A DNA stretch of 58,284 bases from an uncultured Lentisphaeraceae bacterium (GCA_964610015.1 CAZSUM010000001.1:1-58284), one strand, 5' to 3'. Positions 39,103 to 48,213 are shown, counted from the first letter of the stretch. Notes: generated by a model not told the origin, from the sequence alone. Numbers and translations: made by a program.

Positions 39103-40038
39103 TCAGGTGCATGTATTTTTCAAGAACGCCTTAAAATCTGGTGTAAGCGGGGACTGAACACGACAGGCTTGACCATTGAGTGGATGCTGAAACCGAATCT
39201 CACGGGCATGTAAAAAATGGCGTGTACACCCTTGGACAACACGTGCACCGTAGCGAACGTCATTGACAATCGGAAAGCCAGCCAAAGCCAAATGACAGCG
39301 TATTTGATGGGTAACGCCAGTAAAAATAGTGACCTCCAATAAGGTATATTTTCCCCTCAGTTCTAACGGTCGGTAAGCGGTTTCAGCAGGAAATTGGCGA
39401 ACGTTCTCGCTCAGTGTTCGCGCATCAACCATTTTGCAATAGGGCAAGCCCGGGTGATGCGCCAGGTGATGCGTGACGTGTGCCGGCAAAGCGATATGTC
39501 CCTCGACCAGCGCCCAGTAAATTTTCTCTACCCGCTGTTCCGTAAACTGCTCTCGCAACGCTTCAAAAGCCTCCTGCGAGCGAGCGGCAATGACCACTCC
39601 CGAAGTCTCTGTATCGATTCGGTGCAACGCGCCAGCCATCAGCGGCTGATCTCCGAGAGTTGCCAGTTCCGGATAACGCGCCACCAATCCATTCATCAAA
39701 GTGCCACGTTCCTCACTGGAAAGAGGATGCACCGCTATGCCAGCTGGTTTATTCACCGCAACCAGTGCAGCATCCTCAAATACAATTTCAAGTGCGAGCG
39801 AGCTGTCAGGTTGGACCTTTTGATCACTTCGTTCTTTTAGTTTCAAAACAATCACGCGATCACACACATGAACTTTATACCCCTTCTCACGTACTTGACC
39901 ACCAACGAGCACCTGATGATTTTCAATCGCTTGGCGGCAAAAGGCCCGACTGGTAGTGTTGTATTGGTTGAGTAATACACAGTCAAGTCGTTGATTGGCC
40001 TGAACAGGAGAGACTTCAAATGAATCATCACAAATCAT
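39103..40038 (-). CDS. rluD: RluA/RluD-family 23S rRNA pseudouridine synthase with S4 domain
   Basis: HRIDTETSGVVIAA catalytic motif, YWALVEG, TGVTHQIRCHLA. ATGA overlap with the upstream M48 gene. Confidence 0.8.
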   Translation of the reverse strand: MICDDSFEVSPVQANQRLDCVLLNQYNTTSRAFCRQAIENHQVLVGGQVREKGYKVHVCDRVIVLKLKERSDQKVQPDSSLALEIVFEDAALVAVNKPAGIAVHPLSSEERGTLMNGLVARYPELATLGDQPLMAGALHRIDTETSGVVIAARSQEAFEALREQFTEQRVEKIYWALVEGHIALPAHVTHHLAHHPGLPYCKMVDARTLSENVRQFPAETAYRPLELRGKYTLLEVTIFTGVTHQIRCHLALAGFPIVNDVRYGARVVQGCTRHFLHAREIRFQHPLNGQACRVQSPLTPDFKAFLKNTCT

Positions 40039-41384
40039 TGTGCTGCCTGTTGCGGGGTAGATCCGAGCTGTTGCAATCGTTTCGTAGCATACCGTTTCTC
40101 AGTGGTGTTTATGCTACCGCGTCTGACAAATGTTTGATACGCATGCGCTGCTAATTGGGTTTGTCCCTGTCCTTCATACGCCAATCCTTTATAAAAAGCG
40201 GTGTGAATCTCGCCAGGGACCTGTCGCTCAAAAGCATTCAGATGAATCATCGCGGTTGCATAATCCTTTCGTTGCAACGCACATTGTGCCAGCACACTAT
40301 GCGCTCGAGCACCTTTCGGATAGAAACGCAAAGCACGCGCCGCAAGTTGCTGAGCCGCAGCCGACTGATTCGACTGCTGATTGGCCTGCGCCATCAGCAT
40401 CAAACCTACATAATCATTGGGAGCTAGGCGCAACCCCGCTTCGGCAGTTGCTTTCGCCAATGCGTAATTCTTCTGGGCCAGTTGCCCCTCTGCCAAAGCA
40501 AACTGTTTTAACGCAGGCTTTTGCTTACGAATGTCCGCCGTTGCAGAAAGAAAAGCTGCTTGATTGATTGCACCGGCATTTCGTCCTGCATACTCATTTT
40601 TGGCTCGTGCTGTCGCAACCGCGAGACGTTCCGTACTCATGGGATGCGAGGAGAACATCTGCTCAATGATTGAGGGATTCGATCCACTAATTCGAACTAA
40701 AAGATTCATCAAATCGATCATTCCTTGTGGATCATATCCCGCACGGACCATATACAGCATACCGCCTTGATCTGCTTGATGCTCCTGCGTTCGACTGTAG
40801 TTCGCCAAAACGACGGCACTGCCTAATTGCCCGGCTGTGCCGGCCAAGTCAGCCCATGAACTTCCTTGACTGGATAGATATCCCTGCGTTCCGGATACCA
40901 GCGCATCATACACCGTCCCTCGGCTTATTGCAGCGGCCGTATGACCACAGTTTACATGTGCAATTTCATGCCCCAGTACAGCCGCCAATTGTGCTTCATT
41001 TCCCAGTTCAACCAGCATGCCGCGCGTAACGGCAATTGTCCCGTCAGGGAATGCATAGGCATTCACATAGACGGCGTTAACGACTTGAAAATTAAAGGCC
41101 ATATTCGGGTACACAACGTCAGCCGGTGTGAGTGTCGCAACGAGACGATGTCCCACCTGCGAAACATATGCGTTCAAAGCAGCATCACTCACCACCCCAT
41201 AATCAGAGGAGAACTGCGAAGGGACCGCTTGTTGAGCTAACGATACCAGCTCTGATTTTCCGACAATACTAAATTGATTCTTACCCGTAATGGGATTGGT
41301 TACGCAGCCCATCATCAAGCTGGATAAAAGAATAAAACTAAAGGTGCACAAAACAGCAACGCATGTATGCTTCTTACTTTTCAT
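40035..41384 (-). CDS. M48-family zinc metalloprotease with C-terminal TPR repeats (BepA-like lipoprotein)
   Basis: Lipobox LSSLMMGC after MKSKKHT. HEIAHVNCGH HExxH. C-terminal TPR-like helices. ATG 41384 is chosen; it overlaps the fmt 3' end by 11 nt. Confidence 0.8.
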   Translation of the reverse strand: MKSKKHTCVAVLCTFSFILLSSLMMGCVTNPITGKNQFSIVGKSELVSLAQQAVPSQFSSDYGVVSDAALNAYVSQVGHRLVATLTPADVVYPNMAFNFQVVNAVYVNAYAFPDGTIAVTRGMLVELGNEAQLAAVLGHEIAHVNCGHTAAAISRGTVYDALVSGTQGYLSSQGSSWADLAGTAGQLGSAVVLANYSRTQEHQADQGGMLYMVRAGYDPQGMIDLMNLLVRISGSNPSIIEQMFSSHPMSTERLAVATARAKNEYAGRNAGAINQAAFLSATADIRKQKPALKQFALAEGQLAQKNYALAKATAEAGLRLAPNDYVGLMLMAQANQQSNQSAAAQQLAARALRFYPKGARAHSVLAQCALQRKDYATAMIHLNAFERQVPGEIHTAFYKGLAYEGQGQTQLAAHAYQTFVRRGSINTTEKRYATKRLQQLGSTPQQAAQ

Positions 41385-42402
41385 AATATGTCTCCGGGTG
41401 TTGGAACAACGTTGGAACGGCCAACGAATCATAAAACATATCGCCAAGTTGCAACGCGTGTCCATTCAAGAAAGATTTCCCATCCATTTTACGCGTACCA
41501 TCCAGTTGCACCACGGTCAAACAAAGTGCTGCCTTGCCCGTGGAGACGACGGGTCCCGCATCAGAAATGCTACAAACTTGACCTGGTTTATAATCGGCAA
41601 AATGAGAATGTTCAGTTGCTTTTAAAACAACGGCTTGCCAGACTTTCACGCGAAAACCGGTTTGCTGTTTTCCGGTATTTTTTGAAAGAAAAGTAAAGGC
41701 TCCGGGCCAAGGATCGTAAGCCCGAATACGACGTTCAATCACGTTTGCAGATAAGTTCCAGTCAATTAAACCATCCATTTTCTGCATCTTTGAAGCATAG
41801 GTCGCTTGCTGATGATCTTGCGGCTCTGCAGTCAAAAGCCCATCATCCATCAGTTTGAGCGCCTTGGCCAAGGTAACCGCACCCAAAATCGCAAGACGAT
41901 CCATTAACGTTACAGCCGTATCATCTGAGCAGATCGGTTCAATGGCTTTAAGGAGCATGTCTCCGTCATCCATGCCTTCCGCCATTTTCATGATGGTCAC
42001 GCCCGTAATCTCATCACCAGAGGCAATCGCTGCTTGCACTGGCGCAGCGCCACGGTACTTGGGCAATAAAGAAAAGTGACCGTTCACACAACCCAGCGGT
42101 GGAATTGCCAGCAACCGCTTCCCGAGAAACTGTCCAAAAGCTACCACCACAATCACATCTGGGCGCAAAGCCTCAATCTGCTCCAGCACCTCAGGAGCAT
42201 TCACCTTTTCAGGGGTAATAATGGGTGCCAACCCACGCAAGGTCGCATATGCTTTACAGGGACAAGGCGTAAACCGTTGATGCCGACCAGCTGGGCGATC
42301 TGGTTGCGTCACCACCCCGACAATGTTCAGCAGCGACGACTTCAAGATTGCCCGCAATGCAGTGGCTGAAGCTTCTGAAGATCCCATGAAGACAATACGC
42401 AT
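41374..42402 (-). CDS. fmt: methionyl-tRNA formyltransferase
   Basis: MRIVFMGSSEASA N-terminus, VNGHFSLLPKYRGAAPVQ (HxSLLPxxRG) motif, C-terminal beta-barrel domain. Confidence 0.92.
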   Translation of the reverse strand: MRIVFMGSSEASATALRAILKSSLLNIVGVVTQPDRPAGRHQRFTPCPCKAYATLRGLAPIITPEKVNAPEVLEQIEALRPDVIVVVAFGQFLGKRLLAIPPLGCVNGHFSLLPKYRGAAPVQAAIASGDEITGVTIMKMAEGMDDGDMLLKAIEPICSDDTAVTLMDRLAILGAVTLAKALKLMDDGLLTAEPQDHQQATYASKMQKMDGLIDWNLSANVIERRIRAYDPWPGAFTFLSKNTGKQQTGFRVKVWQAVVLKATEHSHFADYKPGQVCSISDAGPVVSTGKAALCLTVVQLDGTRKMDGKSFLNGHALQLGDMFYDSLAVPTLFQHPETYYEK

Positions 42403-42500
42403 TCAAATAACCCTCTACAGACAAAAAACGTGATGTAGCTTAACACATTTACAGTGTTTTAATGGATATTTTTGTGTTTTTAAAAAACACATGCGTTAAA

Positions 42501-43076
42501 TTAAGCGTTAAATTGTAGTCTATGAAGCTGTTCACCTGATTGATTCTGAACAGTTTTAAACAGATTACCCCCGTGTGCATCCATTCCAACAACGGCATCA
42601 AAATCAAACACTTGTAATTTCCACATGGCTTCGGTAGCCCCAAAACGTTCGAGAAAATAGACTTTTTCCACCTGTTTTACGCATTGGGCCAACAACGCTG
42701 CTGCGCCACCTACAGCCTGAAGATAGAGACACCCAAATTTCTGACAGGCGGTCAACGTTGCTGCACCCATTCCCCCTTTACCGATAATGACGCGCACCCC
42801 CAATTTCTCAATAATAGTCGGCATATACGGTTCTTCACGAATAGATGTGGTCGGACCAGCAGCCATGACGCGCCACCCCTCCGCAACGGGCACCACCACA
42901 GGACCGCAATGATAGAGTGCTGCATCGTGCAAATCCACCGGACTCTCTCCGCCTTCTGCCAGATACTGATGTAGACGGTCACGTCCCGTAAAGACCAAAC
43001 CTCTGACACGAACCAAGTCGCCAACGCGCAGCGCACGTATCGCAGATTCAGTAAAAGGAGATTGTAAACAGTTCAT
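42501..43076 (-). CDS. class I Fe-S hydro-lyase beta subunit (fumarate hydratase / tartrate dehydratase type)
   Basis: GRDRLHQYL, AAGPTTSIREEPY and KGGMG motifs. ATG 43076 lies 2 nt after the alpha-subunit stop. Confidence 0.85.
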   Translation of the reverse strand: MNCLQSPFTESAIRALRVGDLVRVRGLVFTGRDRLHQYLAEGGESPVDLHDAALYHCGPVVVPVAEGWRVMAAGPTTSIREEPYMPTIIEKLGVRVIIGKGGMGAATLTACQKFGCLYLQAVGGAAALLAQCVKQVEKVYFLERFGATEAMWKLQVFDFDAVVGMDAHGGNLFKTVQNQSGEQLHRLQFNA

Positions 43077-43078
43077 GT

Positions 43079-43948
43079 TCACCCTAACCATAATGGTGTT
43101 TCCGCTGTCACCCGCACACCGCGACGACGACACGACCAACACATGTATGCCACGGTCACAAAGTAAGAGGCTGGCAACCTAGAACGTGATGCGATTTTAA
43201 CACCCAGAAGCGTTGTTTGGCCGCCCATGCCCATCGGTCCGATTCCTAATTGGTTGACCTCAGCCAACACTCGTTGCTCCAACGCCATGAGTTCAGGATC
43301 AGGGGCGTTATCATCCAATGCCCGCAACAGTTGGGCTTTGGCCACTGCATACCCTTCTGCGCGGTCGGCTCCAATGCAAACTCCCAAGATCCCAGGAGCA
43401 CACCCATACCCTTGTGCACGCCAGGCCGCTTCAAGTAAGCATCGACGAACCCCCTCTAGATCGCGCCCCGCAGCCAATTGCGCATCGGGCAAACTGAACT
43501 GCATGCTCATGTTTTCGCACCCACCACCCTTTTGAATCAGCCAAACTTCGGTGTCACGTCGCTCCCATTGCTCAAAATGACAGACCGGACAACCATCGGC
43601 GATGTTGGTATCAACAGAAGAACCCGAAATCGTCTCAATGGTATTTCGTCGCAGCCAACCAGCTTGAGTTGCATTGATCACCGCATCACGCGCTGCTTGG
43701 GTTAAGGCTCGGGTATCCGTACCCTGCGGAACCTGACAAAAAAAGGTTAACGTCCCGGTATCCTGACACAAAGGCGTACTTTGTTCACGAGCCAACTCGC
43801 TGTTTTTTAACATCGCGTGTAGCAACATGGCAGCTTGTGAACCCGACACTTCTTTTGTAACCGCTTGTTGTAAGGCGGATACCACATCTGCGGGCAGATC
43901 ACTTGTTGTTCGTCGGATTAATTCCGAAAAAACTACATTCCAATTCAT
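43079..43948 (-). CDS. class I Fe-S hydro-lyase alpha subunit (fumarate hydratase / tartrate dehydratase type)
   Basis: LCQDTGTLTFF motif. Conserved Cys residues (CPVCH, GGGCEN). Alpha/beta gene pair. Confidence 0.85.
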   Translation of the reverse strand: MNWNVVFSELIRRTTSDLPADVVSALQQAVTKEVSGSQAAMLLHAMLKNSELAREQSTPLCQDTGTLTFFCQVPQGTDTRALTQAARDAVINATQAGWLRRNTIETISGSSVDTNIADGCPVCHFEQWERRDTEVWLIQKGGGCENMSMQFSLPDAQLAAGRDLEGVRRCLLEAAWRAQGYGCAPGILGVCIGADRAEGYAVAKAQLLRALDDNAPDPELMALEQRVLAEVNQLGIGPMGMGGQTTLLGVKIASRSRLPASYFVTVAYMCWSCRRRGVRVTAETPLWLG

Positions 43949-43970
43949 CTTTGAGCATCCTTTAATCGAA

Positions 43971-44855
43971 TCAAACACGATGATTCGCTGCACGATAAAC
44001 CCAAGGATTCTCTTTACCTAAGCGTTCCAAAAGCGGCGCTAGAAACGAATCTGGCACAGAAAGCGAACCAAATCCGGTTCCCAAGGCAATGTCGGGTTTC
44101 GGCAACCCGTGATAATCCGACCCCCCGGTTGACAAGAGTGACATCTGTTTTGCCAAGCGTAGTAAGCTCAGCGACTGTTCGGCCGTATATTCTGAGTAGA
44201 CGGCTTCAATACCATCCAAGTGCTGCGCTTGTAATTCACGTAAGCCCGCGGCCAATTTTACTTCATCCTGCATCCAGCTGAAAGGGTGCGCAATCACCGC
44301 CACTCCGCCAGCTTCATGAATCATCCGTATTCCCTCTTCAGGATAGAGTCGATAACGATCCACGTAGGCGGGTGCTCCTTTGGCAAGGTAACGCTCAAAG
44401 GCCTCCGGAACAGAGGAAACATAATCCCGATCAATCAATGCTTGTGCAATATGCGCACGGCCCACAACATCCTCACCGGCGCATGCCTGAACTTCGGCCC
44501 AGGTCAATTCAAGACCCAATCCATTCAGTTTTTCAAGAATTCGTTCATTGCGCCAGATACGTCCTTCGACGATACGCTCAAGATTTTCGATCACCAGTGG
44601 ATGTGTTGGATTTAGACCATACCCGAGTAAATGCAAAGAACCGTGCCCCTCCTCCACATGCATACTAATCTCAAGACCCGCAATGCCGGTTATGTCTTGT
44701 TCACCACAGGCAGTCAAAAAATCATCAATCCCGTCCATGGTGTCGTGATCCGTCAGGGACATGGCTTTCAAGCCGACTTGTTTACCGCGGATCACCAGAT
44801 TCTCGGGTGTGTCAGACCCATCAGAGTTCGTTGAATGGAGATGCAGGTCAATCAT
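43971..44855 (-). CDS. PHP-domain metal-dependent phosphoesterase (TrpH/YciV-like)
   Basis: MIDLHLHSTNSDGS N-terminus, LTDHDT, AHP, GGSDYHG. Confidence 0.85.
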   Translation of the reverse strand: MIDLHLHSTNSDGSDTPENLVIRGKQVGLKAMSLTDHDTMDGIDDFLTACGEQDITGIAGLEISMHVEEGHGSLHLLGYGLNPTHPLVIENLERIVEGRIWRNERILEKLNGLGLELTWAEVQACAGEDVVGRAHIAQALIDRDYVSSVPEAFERYLAKGAPAYVDRYRLYPEEGIRMIHEAGGVAVIAHPFSWMQDEVKLAAGLRELQAQHLDGIEAVYSEYTAEQSLSLLRLAKQMSLLSTGGSDYHGLPKPDIALGTGFGSLSVPDSFLAPLLERLGKENPWVYRAANHRV

Positions 44856-45544
44856 GACTGTCCATGCACCTCGTACGTACTTCGGACCCGGTCATCACGC
44901 ACCGCGTCAAAGAACGTAGCAATCGCTGTATCGTATTGTGCAGTATGAGCAAAAGCTTTTTTCATCAATTCAAAACGTGAAGACAGGCCCAGTGATCCTT
45001 TGTACGCGTTCAGTTCGTTCACAACCCTCTTATAATCCTTGGGATCAGTAACAGACGCAACACGCAAATAGTTTTTGGCTGCAGCACGAATCATACAGGG
45101 ACCACCTATATCGATGTTTGTGCGAGCCTCTTCGGGGGTGACTTCTGCACGCGATATGGTCTTTTGAAAAGGATAGAGGTTCACCACGACCATATCAATG
45201 GGTACCGCGCTTGTACGTGCCAAATCATCCTTGTGTGCCAGATTGTACGTTTCACTCAGAAGTCCTAAATAGATTTTAAAGTCAAGGGTTTTGACTAGGC
45301 CTCCTTGCATTTCTGGTTGGCCCGTGTAGTCGGAAACGGAGACCAAGTGCTTCTCTGCCAACACAGCGCCCAAAAGTGTTTGAATGACGGTATAGGTGCC
45401 TCCGGTCGAGTAGATCGTAACGTCAGGACACGCTTCAATTAATTCAGGAACAAAACAATCTAACCCCGTTTTATCCGAAACACTCATTAGCACATGACGT
45501 ACCGAAATCCGGTCGTCGATCTCTTTGACAACATTCAAAGCCAT
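44852..45544 (-). CDS. stand-alone IMP cyclohydrolase (PurH N-terminal MGS-like) domain protein
   Basis: Aligns along its length to PurH residues about 1-200: LMSVSDKTGL, STGGT, VKTLDFK (PurH has VKTLHPK), MVVVNLYPF, NIDIGGPCMIRAAAKNY. It ends where the AICAR transformylase domain would begin. ATGA overlap with the PHP gene. Confidence 0.8.
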   Translation of the reverse strand: MALNVVKEIDDRISVRHVLMSVSDKTGLDCFVPELIEACPDVTIYSTGGTYTVIQTLLGAVLAEKHLVSVSDYTGQPEMQGGLVKTLDFKIYLGLLSETYNLAHKDDLARTSAVPIDMVVVNLYPFQKTISRAEVTPEEARTNIDIGGPCMIRAAAKNYLRVASVTDPKDYKRVVNELNAYKGSLGLSSRFELMKKAFAHTAQYDTAIATFFDAVRDDRVRSTYEVHGQS

Positions 45545-45729
45545 CGTAACTCCTTTGCAAATCTTTGAAAAAACACAGATAGAATAGAAAGAAGCGGTGC
45601 GTATTGCAACAGTGGATTAAAATAGAGAGAATCTCATAATCTCACACAGACCCTGTTTATTGACCTGTATTCGAACGATATCATCCTACATAATCGAAAT
45701 TCATTCTTGATCTCTACCCAAAAAACTAG

Positions 45730-45738
45730 TGGTATAGT
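45730..45738 (+). promoter_or_regulatory. extended -10 element TGGTATAGT, 6 nt upstream of ATG 45745 (leaderless-type)
   Basis: TG at 45730-45731, TATAGT at 45733-45738. No SD precedes the ATG. Confidence 0.3.
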
Positions 45739-45744
45739 CACCCT

Positions 45745-46377
45745 ATGGTGTTGATCTTACAGTTCTTACTGGCAACTCTTCTTAGTGGTCTTTTGGCAGG
45801 GGGGTCTCTTGGCGCTTTCTCTCTAGCAACCGGAGCAGCCATCGTTGCGGTTTGGTATAGTCGGTTAAATCGCAGGAACCGAGCTGACAAAGAGCTTTAC
45901 GCAACACTGGATCCAAAGTTTCCAGACGGCGAAGTGATCATCAAAGCCTTAAGTGAAGCTGCTTCGCTCGTGCGTCAGCACCTGTGTGTGGTACAGGTGC
46001 GCCTCACCGTGCCAGATGCTGCTACGCGCAGAGCATTGTCAACACTGCTCACGCTAACTCGCCATGCTGACGTGGAGGTCATTTGTCATGGGCATGCCTT
46101 TTTTTTAAAACAACCTGGTGTCTGGATAGCAGACCTTCCCATTCCCCTATCTTTCCCCCGCATGGGTAGTATGACCCTGCGGCTTGAACCGACAACAGGT
46201 CATCGCATTCGCATAAAAAGAATGCCCGTTGCACCTACGCCCACACCACTCTTTTGGGTTGGATTAGCTGTTGGTGTGGCGATGGCTTGCATCTTTGACT
46301 GGCCTTGCCTTCTTGGCATGTTGGTCGCCTTTGCGATACAAATGCGCCTCTTGCAGGATTACACCCATGGTACGTAA
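45745..46377 (+). CDS. hypothetical membrane protein (N- and C-terminal TM segments)
   Basis: ORF only. N-terminal hydrophobic LILQFLLATLLSGLLAGGSLGAFSLATGAAIVAV and C-terminal LFWVGLAVGVAMACIF...LLGMLVAFAI. No family recognised. Confidence 0.45.
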   Translation: MVLILQFLLATLLSGLLAGGSLGAFSLATGAAIVAVWYSRLNRRNRADKELYATLDPKFPDGEVIIKALSEAASLVRQHLCVVQVRLTVPDAATRRALSTLLTLTRHADVEVICHGHAFFLKQPGVWIADLPIPLSFPRMGSMTLRLEPTTGHRIRIKRMPVAPTPTPLFWVGLAVGVAMACIFDWPCLLGMLVAFAIQMRLLQDYTHGT

Positions 46378-47130
46378 TAGAAGCCAAAGGTCAAAAAAAG
46401 CCGAACGATTCCCCAAATAATAGAGGTCTAGCAGGCACATAGCATCAAAAGACAGACGATTACGCCCAGATACCTGCCAAAGACCCGTCATACCCGGTCG
46501 CCCTTGATACCGCAACAGATGTCCTGCATGTCGATTATACTGTTGATCTTTTTCAGGCAGTGGCCGCGGACCCACTAAGCGCATCTCACCCCGCACAACA
46601 TTAATAAGTTGAGGTAATTCATCGATAAAGGTACGCCTTAGTAAACTCCCCAACCGCGTAACACGGGGATCACGCTCAAGTTTGAAGAGATGAGAACCTT
46701 GGGTCGCCTGTCTCTGATGGAGACGTTCTTGGAGTCGTTCAGAGTCACGAATCATGGTCCGAAACTTATAAACTTCAAAACGCTTCTCGAACAGCCCCCA
46801 GCGAGTCTGCTGATAAATAACCGGCCAGCCATCCAAGAGCCAAACCAAGATCCCAATTAAGATACAAAAAGGAGCGCTAAACAATAAGATCAAGACGCTG
46901 ATGCCACGCTCCAGTGCTAAAAACAGGCGAGAGGGTGAACGCGCTGGACGAAAAATAAACACCATCGTTCCATTATCATGCGCTAATGGACAACAGCCAG
47001 CAGGACCGGACAGCAAGGGCAACAGATTTGCAGGCACAGCCGCTTCAGCTCCAGTAGATAAAATCTCTCCGAGCCAAGCCAGAATCTGAACGCTTGTTAT
47101 CCCCCCTGAATCTTTCAAGACATGTCTCAT
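46264..47130 (-). CDS. bacterial sugar transferase (polyprenyl-phosphate hexose-1-phosphate transferase family)
   Basis: VYKFRTM, DELPQLINVVRGEMRLVGPRP and PGMTGLWQVSGR motifs. The N-terminal about 55 aa are uncertain; ATG 46965 is an alternative start. Confidence 0.85.
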   Translation of the reverse strand: MRHVLKDSGGITSVQILAWLGEILSTGAEAAVPANLLPLLSGPAGCCPLAHDNGTMVFIFRPARSPSRLFLALERGISVLILLFSAPFCILIGILVWLLDGWPVIYQQTRWGLFEKRFEVYKFRTMIRDSERLQERLHQRQATQGSHLFKLERDPRVTRLGSLLRRTFIDELPQLINVVRGEMRLVGPRPLPEKDQQYNRHAGHLLRYQGRPGMTGLWQVSGRNRLSFDAMCLLDLYYLGNRSAFFDLWLLLRTMGVILQEAHLYRKGDQHAKKARPVKDASHRHTNS

Positions 47131-47298
47131 CCCTTGTTGTTAATTATCTACACGTATCCGCTACTTGACAATTCAAAATTATATAATGAATGACCCAACT
47201 CATCAGAAGGGCTAAGCACGCCATGTGTGCTCAGTCTTATACTGAGTATTGCCGCTCTAGTGGTATTTTATTATACTTCCCATAAAAAGGAGGCTTGT

Positions 47299-48075
47299 AT
47301 GTCGAGTTTGAAGATTGCGGGAGCTGTTCTGCTCATGGGCGTAAGTGTGTTTGCCGCTGATAATACCGAATGGCAGCAGTTGTTTAATGGGAAGAATCTC
47401 GATGGTTGGATTCCAAAGATTAAGGGGTATCCGGTAGCAGAAAACTTTGCCAACACATTCCGAGTTGAAGACGGATTACTTAAGGTGCGTTACGATGGAT
47501 ATGGTGGCGCTTTTAATAATCGGTTCGGACATCTTTTTTACAATAGATCCTTCACAAACTATATTCTGCGTATTGAATACCGTTTTGTCGGTGAACAACT
47601 GCCGGATGGCGCAGGGTGGGCCAAACGAAACAGCGGCGCGATGATCCATGGGCAAACCCTTGAAAGCATGGAACTGAACCAATCTTTCCCTGTTTCAATC
47701 GAAGTTCAGTTATTGGGTGGGTTAGGATCGGGTAACCGTTCAACGGCAAATTTGTGTACGCCGGGAACGAATGTTGAGAAAGATGGGAAACTCTACACAC
47801 CACATGGACTCAACTCAAAATCAAAAACCTATCATGGCGAACAGTGGGTTACGGTTGAAGTCGAAGCGCATGGACATGAAACGATCATTCATCGGATTGA
47901 TGGCGAAACAGTGTTGCAATATGATAAACCACAGTACGATCCGAAGGACGGCAGCGCCAAAAAAATGATTGATGCGCAGGGTGGAAAACTCTTGATTGAC
48001 GGAGGAACGATTTCTTTGCAATCTGAAAGTCACCCAGTTGATTTTCGTAAGATTGAAATCAAAGTACTGCCCTGA
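47299..48075 (+). CDS. secreted DUF1080 (3-keto-disaccharide hydrolase-like) protein
   Basis: AAAGGAGG SD. Signal peptide MSSLKIAGAVLLMGVSVFAADN. WQQLFNGKNLDGW ... ISLQSESHPVDFRKIEIKVL is the typical DUF1080 frame. Confidence 0.85.
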   Translation: MSSLKIAGAVLLMGVSVFAADNTEWQQLFNGKNLDGWIPKIKGYPVAENFANTFRVEDGLLKVRYDGYGGAFNNRFGHLFYNRSFTNYILRIEYRFVGEQLPDGAGWAKRNSGAMIHGQTLESMELNQSFPVSIEVQLLGGLGSGNRSTANLCTPGTNVEKDGKLYTPHGLNSKSKTYHGEQWVTVEVEAHGHETIIHRIDGETVLQYDKPQYDPKDGSAKKMIDAQGGKLLIDGGTISLQSESHPVDFRKIEIKVLP

Positions 48076-48167
48076 TGATTGTCCTGCCAAACGGGAATAG
48101 GTAATTTCTGCCAAAGTAGAAATAAAGGTTCGGGTTTATAATCAACCTTCATGCTCTTGTAACCATT

Positions 48168-48212
48168 GATACCGGACAGTTTGTGAAATAAGCGGCCAAA
48201 CTGTCCGGTATC
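48168..48212. repeat. perfect 16-bp inverted repeat (GATACCGGACAGTTTG - 13 nt - CAAACTGTCCGGTATC)
   Basis: Arms read at 48168-48183 and 48197-48212. The 3' arm ends 1 nt before ATG 48214. Confidence 0.9.
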
Positions 48213-48213
48213 C

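Noticed and set aside
42474-42514. AT-rich palindrome GTGTTTTT-A-AAAAACAC and direct repeat GCGTTAAATT x2 downstream of the fumarase beta gene, considered as a terminator or operator
   Set aside because: The stem is almost purely A/T, and no U-tract follows it on the transcribed (minus) strand. The direct repeat spans the stop codon and is short enough to occur by chance.
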